From Salpingoeca rosetta (taxonomy: Eukaryota; Protista; Choanoflagellata), in NCBI GenBank assembly GCA_033442325.1, contig JAWQFM010000025.1:777215-803639 (forward strand): 26,425 nucleotides of DNA. The letters are read 5' to 3'. Below, one piece after another: positions 1 to 23,996 of the stretch (positions are counted from its first letter, which is position 1; every line of letters starts with the position of its first letter). The position numbers and the translations under genes were made by a program. The notes beneath the pieces were generated by a model. The model ran no database searches. It was not told where the DNA came from and saw only the letters and a program-made list of their open reading frames with translations.

Positions 1-6
1 TTCTCC

Positions 7-8
<2 letters not shown>

Positions 9-90
<82 letters not shown>
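9..90. repeat. (CA)n microsatellite in a CLUAP1 intron
   Basis: Perfect dinucleotide run ending just before the acceptor at 98-99. Confidence 0.95.
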
Positions 91-92
<2 letters not shown>

Positions 93-99
93 TGAACAG

Positions 100-1181
100 G
101 CCGGCGTTCATGGACGAGTATGAGAAGTTGGAGGCGGAGTTGGCAAAGACATACGAGGTGGGCTGCGTTGTGCTTGCAGGCAATGCCGGTTTTTGCTGTG
201 CTCTTTCGTGCCGCTGTCCTCTTCGTTGACTGCATTTAACAACGGATACACGCACACACACACACACACGCACACGCACACGCACACACACACACACCAA
301 CCCGCATCTTTCTTTCCCATTGAACAACGCTCACATCGCCCACAATGCACCACCCCATTCATCACCCCATGTGTTCCGACGACCAGACGTACATTGAGAA
401 GTTCCGCAACATTTCGTATCTCGAACAAGAGCTGGAGCAGCACAACCGCACAGAGCAGGACAAGCTCGAGGTGCAATCACTGCGGTGGCGCAATGGGGTG
501 GCGTATGGACTGCGAACTTGTGATGGGACTGGGGTTAGGGACGGGGATGGAGATTGTTGTGCAAGGATGTTTAATCTGAACACACACACACGCACACGTG
601 CCATTTCGTTTGCGTTGCTTCCTACGGTGACGGACATGTGCACAGGAAACGGAGCAGCAGCTGAAGCGCATGCAGGCGAGGTTGCGAGATGTGAGTTTGG
701 TGCTGTTTGGCACGCGGATGTTTGCGTTTAACGTGGTCTTCTTGCTCCAATCAATGCACATTATGAAATGTGTCCACACACACACACACACACATACACA
801 CACACGCACGCGCACACACACACACACACGTCTTCAAGCTGCACCATTCCCCCCCCCCACGCCACACCACACCACACCACACCACACCACACTCACGTCA
901 CATCTGCGCGACGCCGCTGCGTACAGGAGGAGATGCGGATGATGCGTGGGTCTGACGAAACGTTTGGGCTCGGCGGCGATATGGACCACAGTGACGAGGA
1001 GACGGACAGCGACGCCGATCTCGAGACGTGAGCACGGTGGCGTTTAAGTTGTTGCTTAAGTTGTTGTTGTTGTTGTTTAAGTTGTTGTTGTTGTTGTTTA
1101 AGTTGTTGTTGTTGTTGTTTAAGTTGTTGTTGTTGTTGTTGTTGTTGTTGGTTGTTGTTGTTGTTGTTGTTGTTGTTTAAG

Positions 1182-1212
<31 letters not shown>

Positions 1213-1787
1213 GTGTTGTGTCGTTGTTGTTTTTGTTGGGTGTTGTTGTTGTTGTTGTTGTTGTTGTTGTGTGTTGTACGTTGTTGTTGCTGTTGCTGTT
1301 GTATGGTGGTGTTGTTGTTGTTGTGCATGTGTGTGTGTGTGTGTGTGTTGCGTGCAATCACAGGCGCGCGCGCAGTGTTCAATCAACTCAATTCACGCGT
1401 CCATGACCCTTTGTACCTGTGTGTTCACTGCTGCTCCGCCTCGTGCTGCGTCGTTGAAGGGAGCCGCGCGGCGTTGCGACGTACGGCAGCATGCGTGGGG
1501 GCATGGACAGCGACGAGGGGGTAAGCAGCCACTAGCAAGTGAAGACGCGTGTGCCGTTTGTTATGAGCGAGTGACTCGCTCGAGGGGAACAACGCCGTGC
1601 ACCATGCTGACACACTCGTCGCTCACATGACTCCCAACACACTCGCGCACACATACACACACGCACACACAGTCTGATCTTTCTGATTCGTTTGGCGACA
1701 TCGATGATGATGATGATGACGACGACCTCGGCGGTCTTGGAGACGATCTTGATGATGATCAGTCGGACCTCTCCGATGACGCGTTCT

Positions 1788-1789
<2 letters not shown>
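100..1789 (+). CDS. CLUAP1: Clusterin-associated protein 1 / IFT38 (IFT-B subunit), 3' part; 5' exons lie upstream of the window
   Basis: Phase-consistent GT-AG exons 100-157, 387-470, 646-690, 927-1027, 1460-1520, 1673-1789 give PAFMDEYEKLEAELAKTYE-TYIEKFRNISYLEQELEQHNRTEQDKLE-ETEQQLKRMQARLRD-EEMRMMRG...acidic tail...SDDAF*. This matches the CLUAP1 motif RPAFMDEYEK..EEL...Y..Y.EKF.NL.YLEQQL and its acidic C-terminus (recognised from memory). Confidence 0.92.
1042..1323. repeat. (GTT)n microsatellite with TTAA interruptions, intronic
   Basis: Directly visible within CLUAP1 intron 1028-1459. Confidence 0.9.

Positions 1790-1874
<85 letters not shown>
1790..1874. repeat. (CA)n directly after the CLUAP1 stop codon
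   Basis: Perfect run. Confidence 0.95.
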
Positions 1875-1879
<5 letters not shown>

Positions 1880-2295
1880 GCACTGTCATGTGTTCTTCTC
1901 TCTCCCGCTGGTTGAAGAGGCGCTGCTTGTTTGTTCGTTCGTTCGTTTGCTTCATTGATTTCCGAGGTGCTGTTGCCAGCCACCATCCAGTACAGAGAGC
2001 TGCACGATGACAAGTCCTTCGTGTGCATTGTGGATGACAAGCAATAAGCAATGGTCTCCCATCGCACACAGCCACGGCAATGCTTTCCAAGACCACCACT
2101 ATCCACCACCACATCTCGCCGCAGGCGAATGCGTTCTTTGCACAATCCAGCAAGAAGTAACGGCCAGGCGCCCTGCCCTCTCTGCCCAAAGTCGCGTCCT
2201 ATCCCTATCCCTCTCGCCCTCTAGCCCTCTCAAGATCTTCAACCCACCACACCCAAAGACCCAAGCCATCAAGATCATCACGATCAGCGCTGGCA

Positions 2296-2753
2296 ATGGA
2301 GACGAACCCAGGTTCTTACCACCATCGCCGTCACCGCCGTCACCACCGCCACCATGACCACGCAAGGGTCGGTGTGAACACCAGCACCGCAGACCATGAC
2401 CGCAGCAGCGCAGAGAGCTGGGAGGAAGACTCTCCATCTCCCAACGCAGCGTCGCCGCTCTTGCTTCACAACGACAACCACAGGCCACCGCAATCGCATC
2501 AACACCAAGAACAGCCGGAACACCAAGAACAGGAACCACTGCCGCGCCCCTCTTGGTGGGGAAGCTGGAAACTGAGGCAGAGGCCCTCACACCAACAACG
2601 GCGGTCGCCTGCTCCCATGCCCAGAACGTCATCATAACTGGACACAAGGATGGCAGCGTGTCGTTCTGGCGCAAGGACACGCTCGCACACATCAATACAG
2701 TGCGCGCTGCGCACACTTCATCCATCACATGCCTCGCTGTGAGCAGTGCTTGA
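2296..2753 (+). CDS. Probable N-terminal part of the WD40-TRP gene: low-complexity leader ORF from ATG 2296, plus WD40 blades 1-2a in a different frame (2553-2753)
   Basis: ATG 2296 (gcaATGG) opens METNPGSYHH...EQEPLPRP. The frame of 2553 reads TPTTAVACSHAQNVIITGHKDGSVSFW...AHTSSITCLAVSSA*, which is clear WD40 sequence. How the pieces are joined is unresolved. Confidence 0.6.
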
Positions 2754-5718
2754 GCGAACGGCAGTGTCTGGAAGCGAGGGCGGATACCTAAAACTCTGGG
2801 ACGTGGAAGCACGCAATCCTCTGCATGACGACCCAATTGCGACGCAAAATCACGCTGCCCATGCCGTCACCGCGCTGTGCATGTTACGGGGCAATCGCTT
2901 TGCATTCGCCAGAAAGGATGGGAGCATCCAACTGTGGAACATGAACATGGGTACAGATCAGCGCTTCCAAGGTCGACGCAATGCCCACATCGGAGGTGTC
3001 ACCTGCCTTGCCGTTACACCTGACGGCCAGCACCTGGTGTCGGGAGGGCGCGACTGTACCATCAGGGTCTGGCACGTTAACCACGACGATGACGGCGACC
3101 ACGGTTTGCAGCTCCGCAACCAAATCAACACACGCGGGTCCGTGCATAATCTTGCACTGGACGCAGATGGCCAGCGCATCGTGTCCGTCTCATGGTATGG
3201 CCCGCTCCTCGTGCCACAACTGTGGGCAAGCGTGGTCACATACGTTGTCTGTGTGAGTTTGGTCTTGGGCTCGGTGGCGTTGGCGATACTGCACAGCCTG
3301 TGGTGGCTGTTCCTTGCCGCGCTCACAGCCATATTCCTCTGGCTCATCACGGGCACATCGACACAAGTGCAAATGCACGATGTGGACACCGGCCGCTTGT
3401 GCACAAGCAGGGGCCTCGTTTCCTGGCTGACAGGCTTCCATAACCCACTACGCTTCACGTTCACCAGCTATGCACGCTGCACGGTTATTGATGGGTATGT
3501 GCTTGTCTTGGATGACGACGGGCAATGCACTTTCTTCACCTGGGACGACCCCATTGACCAACTCGTTAAGATCGGCGCGCTCCAGACGCGCGTGCGCGAC
3601 CAACCACCAGCTCTGTGCACCCTGTTCAGCAATGACGAACCCATGCAGCCATGTGTTATCATAAGCGGAGAGGTGCCAGCCATATTCAACATCGCAACAG
3701 CCGTCCAAGTCTTCGCCTTGCAGGCGGGTGCTGTTCGTGGGTCACAGCTGCGTTCTACTAAACGGATGTTTGAGTTTCTGAAGCAACGCGTCGTGACTGA
3801 AGGGGTATCGACACCACTCGATGATTCTCAGCTACTGGCGCGGCTCAACAATGACATGTCGGCAGAAGACTGCCTCTCGTGGGCGGAGAAGCAAGCGGAT
3901 GAGAAGAAGCCATTCTACAACGTGCTGGAAGCCCTGATCTGGAAGCACGTCGTGCACGCAAACCCGGAGCGCGCAATGACGCTTCTTGCCCAGCGGCTTG
4001 AGCTGCCCCCAGTTCCCCGCAGGCTTGTGCCGAATGGCAGCATACCTCATTCGAAAGCCTGGGTGCGACACGGTGACTTTGTAGTGTTGAGGAAGGAGGT
4101 GCTGGCGCGCGCGCTTGAAGCAGGTGCCTTGGATCGAGGTGCACAACCCCACACGCGAGCATCGCTCAGGGAGATTGAAAGGGAGATTAGGCGACAGAAG
4201 AACAAGAAGGCGGAGAGGGTTGCGACGAAAGCCCTCTTGATGGATGTGCAGCACATGACACCGCTGCTGTCCGTGCTCGTGCACAACAAGGCATCCCAGT
4301 TCTTTGAGCTGCTTGCCATTCGCGCTGCCGTTGAGCACAAGTGGCGCGCGAACAAACCCCCGTTCGTGTGCGAGGCTGTTGTGCGGGTGGTGCAGCTGGC
4401 CATGCTCGTTGCCGTCTCCGTCTCCATTCGCGACTGGGAGGAGCGGTTCCTGGTCCGCCCAATATGGGAACAGGTCCTCATTATTGCGCTGTTCGTGCTT
4501 GACTTTCAAAACATCAATTCGCTTGAACTCCGCTACGACACCACCAACAATCGGTTCAGGGGAAACATCTGGACCTTGTTCAACCTCGCGCGCATCATCA
4601 CCATGACCACGCTGCTGACTCTCCTTCTCATACCCAACGAGAACGCCCGCACCGCCCTGGCCTTCTCCGTGTTCTTCCACTGGATTGGGCTTTTCCAGTT
4701 CCTGGTGGCCTGGGACAAGACGGGGCCCGTTGTGCTCATGATTTTCAGCATTCTCAGAGACACGTGGCCGTTCATCTTGGTGCTCGCCCTGGTCGTTGCA
4801 GGGTCTACAAACGCCCTGTATGTGTTCCTGCATCAGCCCCACCCAAACCCTGCACTGGCTGCTTCGCCAAACCACGTCGCCGGCGCAACCGCCTCGGGCT
4901 GCCGCCCGGGTGTCAATGCTGCCGCCCCTGGGTTTGAAGACTTTGCGCAAGCCCTGTTCTCCACATCGCTGATGCTGCTGTTCGGGAACATTGACACGGG
5001 CATCTTTGACGTGGACGAACAAGGAGCGCCCGCGATGGTGCGCATCTTGTTTCTGCTTGTTGCTGTGCTGACGCTGGTGATCCTGCTGAACCTGCTGATC
5101 GCGGTGCTGTCAGACTCGTACGAGCGCATCCAAGCAACTTCGGCAAGGGAGCTCACGCTTGCACGTGGCATCATCGTGGACGCGGGCTACAACCACCCGA
5201 GTGCCCGGCTGCTCTTGCGCGTGCTGTATCTGCTCCACATTGTGTCGACATCGTCACCCGAGGCGTCAGATGAGGCAGTCGTCCTCATCCCCGCGAGTGC
5301 GGAGCAGCGGACGAAGGTGCGACCGGAATGGCAGGGCGCCATGCAAGAGATCAAGCATCGCATTAATGACTTGGAGGCGAAAGTTGATGGGAAGCTGAAA
5401 GAGGTGGACGACAAGCTCGACCGCCTGCTTCAACTGTTGGCTTGCGCAATCCTTGCGTCACATCACATCACATCACAAATCGCTGCAATTGTGTACCTCT
5501 TTTACACCTCGTTACGTCACATGTGTTGGTCTTTCTCGTCAGTTGATAGTTGTCACCTCACACGCACAACTTGCTCGCGCTTTTCACTTCCACGTGTTAT
5601 GTACACGTGCCACACCAAGACTCATCACACTACAACTGAGAGAAAGTGTTTTCTCCCCCCAATGCGGCAAATCCGTATCTTCAGTTTAGCACGAGCCGCA
5701 CAGACGAACATGTCATGA
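2746..5718 (+). CDS. WD40-repeat-containing TRP-family cation channel (6TM, pore loop, C-terminal coiled coil); main ORF
   Basis: WD40 repeats such as AHIGGVTCLAVTPDGQHLVSGGRDCTIRVWH; pre-S1 AIRAAVEHKW; S4-S5 FHWIGLFQFLVAWDKTGPVVLMIFSILRDTWPFILV; pore FAQALFSTSLMLLFGNID; S6 LVILLNLLIAVLSDSYERIQ (TRP signature LLNLLIA.....Y..I); coiled coil MQEIKHRINDLEAKVDGKLKEVDDKLDRLLQLL. The listed start is GTG directly after a stop, so the true 5' end is upstream. Confidence 0.9.
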   Translation: MLERTAVSGSEGGYLKLWDVEARNPLHDDPIATQNHAAHAVTALCMLRGNRFAFARKDGSIQLWNMNMGTDQRFQGRRNAHIGGVTCLAVTPDGQHLVSGGRDCTIRVWHVNHDDDGDHGLQLRNQINTRGSVHNLALDADGQRIVSVSWYGPLLVPQLWASVVTYVVCVSLVLGSVALAILHSLWWLFLAALTAIFLWLITGTSTQVQMHDVDTGRLCTSRGLVSWLTGFHNPLRFTFTSYARCTVIDGYVLVLDDDGQCTFFTWDDPIDQLVKIGALQTRVRDQPPALCTLFSNDEPMQPCVIISGEVPAIFNIATAVQVFALQAGAVRGSQLRSTKRMFEFLKQRVVTEGVSTPLDDSQLLARLNNDMSAEDCLSWAEKQADEKKPFYNVLEALIWKHVVHANPERAMTLLAQRLELPPVPRRLVPNGSIPHSKAWVRHGDFVVLRKEVLARALEAGALDRGAQPHTRASLREIEREIRRQKNKKAERVATKALLMDVQHMTPLLSVLVHNKASQFFELLAIRAAVEHKWRANKPPFVCEAVVRVVQLAMLVAVSVSIRDWEERFLVRPIWEQVLIIALFVLDFQNINSLELRYDTTNNRFRGNIWTLFNLARIITMTTLLTLLLIPNENARTALAFSVFFHWIGLFQFLVAWDKTGPVVLMIFSILRDTWPFILVLALVVAGSTNALYVFLHQPHPNPALAASPNHVAGATASGCRPGVNAAAPGFEDFAQALFSTSLMLLFGNIDTGIFDVDEQGAPAMVRILFLLVAVLTLVILLNLLIAVLSDSYERIQATSARELTLARGIIVDAGYNHPSARLLLRVLYLLHIVSTSSPEASDEAVVLIPASAEQRTKVRPEWQGAMQEIKHRINDLEAKVDGKLKEVDDKLDRLLQLLACAILASHHITSQIAAIVYLFYTSLRHMCWSFSSVDSCHLTRTTCSRFSLPRVMYTCHTKTHHTTTERKCFLPPMRQIRIFSLARAAQTNMS

Positions 5719-5951
5719 CACATGATACATCGCAAAGCGACTGCAAATGTACAAATCTGCCAGCGTACACATGACCAGCCAGACAGACACATAATGAAGC
5801 GAGACGAAAAGCAACGCGAGTGATAAGCCCTTGCACAAGCAAGCCAAATTGAAACCGCAAGCTACCAGAAACTGTGTTTGCTTGTGAGACCAGCCAGGGA
5901 TGTCTGAATCCAACCATGCGTGTGCCACTCTTGATGATCCTCGAAACTGTC

Positions 5952-20166
<14,215 letters not shown>

Positions 20167-21586
20167 TCGTTCCCGCCGCTACCGCTGTTGCTTGACACAT
20201 CAACACCGCCTGTAAGGATCGCGGTTGCGCTCACAGCCTCGTTCTTCGTTCTTGGCACTGCCCTTGTGTTGTGATCTCGCCACACGTCGCAGCCGCCTGT
20301 TACTGCTGTTCAATGCTGTCACTGTCACTGCTGGTGCTGGTGCTGCTTGCCACCAATCCCTCTCCCCCAACTGCAGTGCGACGGCGTGTGCTGGTGGCTG
20401 AAGGCGCTCAATTTCCGTGCTGGTGCTGGTGCTGACGGTGGTGATATGGAGGTGCTGACACCAGGGGTTTGGTGCTGGCACGTATCAATATGCCGTGCGT
20501 GCCGCAACGCGTCCGCAGCCGCGCGATGCGCTCCGGTGGGAGATGTTGGGAAGCCTGTGCTGATGTGGCGGAGCTTGCGTGATGGAAAGTGGTGGTGATG
20601 GCTTGCACCCGTTTGCACCCCTTCGCCGAACACGGCTTGCGTTGCGTGTGGTGCTGGTGGCTTATGGATATTGCTGTCGATGATGATGATGGCCAGGTTA
20701 CGTTGTACGGTGCACGTTGAGGGCCTGTTGTCAACTCCACCACCACCTGGACGTGTGTCGCTCGTCGCCCTGCCGTTGCTGTGGTGCGTGTTCCCCCAGA
20801 GCAGGTTGGCTGATTGACGCGCTGCTGCTGCAACCCAAAAACCCTCGTCGTCCCCGTGCCGTGGCGGTGCCGCGGAGGTGCGTGCTGCCTCTTGTCGCTT
20901 GCTCCCCCCGTTTCCGTGATCAGGGAGGGTGTTGCTTGGTCGTGTGCTTGCCAAGAAGCCGGCAATCCAACCACCGCCTTAAAACACTAAAGACAACACA
21001 CCGCAAACAATTGAACCGCCGCCGCCAAACACGACCTCGCGTTGGGAAACGTGTGGTGGATGTTTACGGCGGTGTGGGCGGGTGTGTGTGTGTGTGTATG
21101 TTCTTCGTCTTGGCCGAGACGTCAAGTGTTGCTGATGCTTGCAGTTGATGTCGCTCTGGGTTCCGATGACGGGAGTTGATTGATGCTGGGCTGACTTGCA
21201 TGCACATGCGTGTGTGTAGCTGTGGACGTATCACAATGTGTGCGTGCGTGCGTGCAGACGTGCACGTTCGCACGCATCCGGTGTGTCTGGTGCGTGTGCC
21301 TGGTGCGTGTGCGTGCCCCACCCACCCCTTTTCCCACCTTTGACAACAATTACGAACCTGTTGGCCTTGACGCGTGTGTAGATGATCGTTGTAGGGTTTC
21401 CTTTGCGCCCACTCCCACGGGACTGTTTCACTTTAGCTTGCGGGTGTGTTTAAGCGGGGTGTGTATTTGTGTGTCTGCGATGTGTGTTTATGTGGTGTGT
21501 CGGGGTGTGCATGTGTGTGTGTGTGTGTGTGTTTGCGAGACAGCGGTACAGTGTGAGGGGAGACGGCGGCAAACAAGACATACAAA

Positions 21587-21625
<39 letters not shown>

Positions 21626-22259
21626 CACACACACACACACACGCACACCCCCCACACACACACACACGCATGCAACAGGATGCAGGCACGGACACACCGA
21701 CAGGCTTGCATGCTGCTTGAAGCAGCACATGCAAACCAAGCAAGCAAGCGTAAACACACGCGCTCGTGGGGAGGGACATACGAACATACACACGGACTAC
21801 AGGGCGAGCTTGCACGCTTGGCGTCATCAGGCACGGCAAGCAAGCAAGCCAGCGCACCTCGATATGAGCACACACAACAATGCAGTGGCAGCAGCAGCAG
21901 TAGCAGGCGTTGGTAGGCTGGCTGGCTGGTGGGGTTTGCAGCTGGTTGGTTGGTGTTGGTGGGTGCGAACCGCAACTGCAAAGAAAGACCAAGAGGCAGG
22001 AACAAGAGGCAGGAACGGTCAATCGATAATGAGCGTGTGGGTGCAAGAGCGGGTTCTCAAAGACGAAAGACGTGTCCCACCAAACGCGCGTCGTTGTAGG
22101 TGCGAAGAGCGGTTGATTGAGGTGGCGTACTCGTTGCGTGCACACACTACAAACACACGCACAAGAAGCAAACACATGCAAGAAGTGCGCTTTACACTTG
22201 ACACACGCAAAGTAGGCGGTGTCCCACTCACCCGCACAACAACACCTGCAAGGCGTACC

Positions 22260-22791
22260 TCGTGTCGCGTGCGATAAAGTGTCGACCAAAGGTGGCGATG
22301 CGAGTAGAGGAGCGAGAGGTGGGTACACAACGAGCACACAAACGAGCACACAAACACGCCCAACAGCACACGCCACCCGTTTTCTGCAAGCAAGTCTGCG
22401 AGGTGCGCAACCAAAGGTGGGCGGGGATGGTTGGGACAACGACGTTGCGCCAAACTTTGGACATTTTCTGCATCGAATCCCACACGAAACTAGCAACTGT
22501 TGAAAGACTTGATGCTGGTTTAATGAAATTTGGCCTATTCCGGGTAACTGGCATGCCCGCTTCAGGGAACTGCCTCGCACGCAAGACATTTCGCCATGTT
22601 TTCCGTTGAACGAAGGATGCCGAAACTACGACACCATCATTTATACTAACTGCACAACACCACAAAGCGTTGTTGGATCATTCGTGAAATCTTCCTATGG
22701 TTGTCACTATCCCATACAGCCACAGACAACGAGAACGACGAGTGCGAACGACGAGCACGACTGCACACACGCACACTCACGCACACACAAG
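22260..22791. promoter_or_regulatory. Probable divergent promoter region between the GEF gene (-) and RBM8A (+)
   Basis: Microsatellite-poor, more AT-rich segment between head-to-head genes. A candidate minus-strand 5' UTR donor (GAG|GTACGC) lies near 22258. Transcription start sites cannot be determined from sequence. Confidence 0.45.
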
Positions 22792-23943
22792 ATGAGCACA
22801 GACGATGCACTGGATCTCACCGCCCCAGCCGGCTTTGAGCCCGGGTACTCACATGTGTGTGTCTGTGTGTGTAAATGTGTATCTGTGTGTGTGTGTCAAT
22901 GTGTTTGTGTGTTTCTGCTGTATTTCTGCTGTATCTCTGCTGTGTGTCTCTTGATGCTGGTTAATCACATGCATACCAACACAGCACGATGTGTCTGTGT
23001 TGTGTGGTTGTGTGTTGTGTGGTGCAGAGGCGCGCCAAATGAACGCTGCTTGACTTGTCTCCATCGCCACACACTCACGCGCCCCACCCCACCCCCATGT
23101 GCTATTGCAGCATGGACGAGGGAGAGGACTTGCGCGCCACGCTCAACAAGAGACAAGGTGTGCTGTGGAGGCAGGCCTGCATCCTTTCCGTGTGCCGTGT
23201 GCAGTGTCGTGTCACATGAGCTTACATTGCATGGTGTTGTGCCGTACACCTTTTTGTTCACACGTCCTTCTCATAGCAGGCGAAGAAGCAGAGATTGCAC
23301 CAGGCGCACCGCAGCGCTGTAAGCATACCTTCCATTTGAATGTTATGCGTACGTGCGAGTGCGAACGTGAAGATGTGAGCGCTTGCTTCCTTAGTATTAC
23401 ACGGGGCCAGCCCTGTCACAGCTTTGTCGCTGACAAAAGTGTCACCGCCACCATTCCCACCTGCAGCTGTCGAGGGTTGGATTGTGATTGTGACAAACGT
23501 GCATGAGGAGGCCCAGGACGATGACATCTACGTAAGCGGGCGCACGTGTATTTGTGTGTGCGTGAACGTGTTTGTGTTTGTGCGTGTGCATGTGTGTGCG
23601 TACATTTGTGTGCGTGTTTGTGTTTTTGATGTGTGTGTCTGTCTGTCTGTTTGTGTGTGTGTGTGTGTGTGTCTGTCCGTCTGTCTGTGTGTGAATGTGT
23701 TGGCGCACTTTTTCATGAGCAAGGGATCATGCAGTGTCGAATCATGTGCGTTTGTGTGCGCAAGCACACGTACATGCTACTGTTGAGTCGTTCAGCAAGG
23801 CTAACGCAGTCACCCTCTCCGGCTCGCTTGTTGTTTGTCGCGCAAAGGACAAGTTTACAGAGTTTGGCAAGATCAAGAACCTGCACCTCAATCTGGACCG
23901 TCGCACGGGTTACGTCAAGGTCAGCCACTGGGCGTCTCTAATG

Positions 23944-23996
<53 letters not shown>

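Noticed and set aside
2739-2746. GTGAGCAG as an 8-nt micro-intron explaining the frame break
   Set aside because: Removing 8 nt gives the wrong frame, and it is far too short for spliceosomal splicing.
2751-2753. Selenocysteine or readthrough at the TGA
   Set aside because: In-frame continuation (ANGSVWKRGRIP...) has no WD40 similarity and soon stops; the homology continues only in the +1 frame.
2099-2836. 245-aa minus-strand ORF
   Set aside because: Antisense to the WD40 blade-1 frame and low complexity; no motif.
3832-5022. 396-aa minus-strand ORF
   Set aside because: Codon-aligned antisense shadow of the TRP transmembrane region with no recognisable domain.
21210-22589. Long ORFs on both strands (355 and 379 aa)
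   Set aside because: Open mainly because (CA)n/(TG)n tracts lack stop codons; no domain signal; likely UTR, intron or promoter sequence.
22480-22610. Short imperfect hairpins suggesting a tRNA or other ncRNA
   Set aside because: No cloverleaf, A/B boxes or snoRNA boxes were recognisable.
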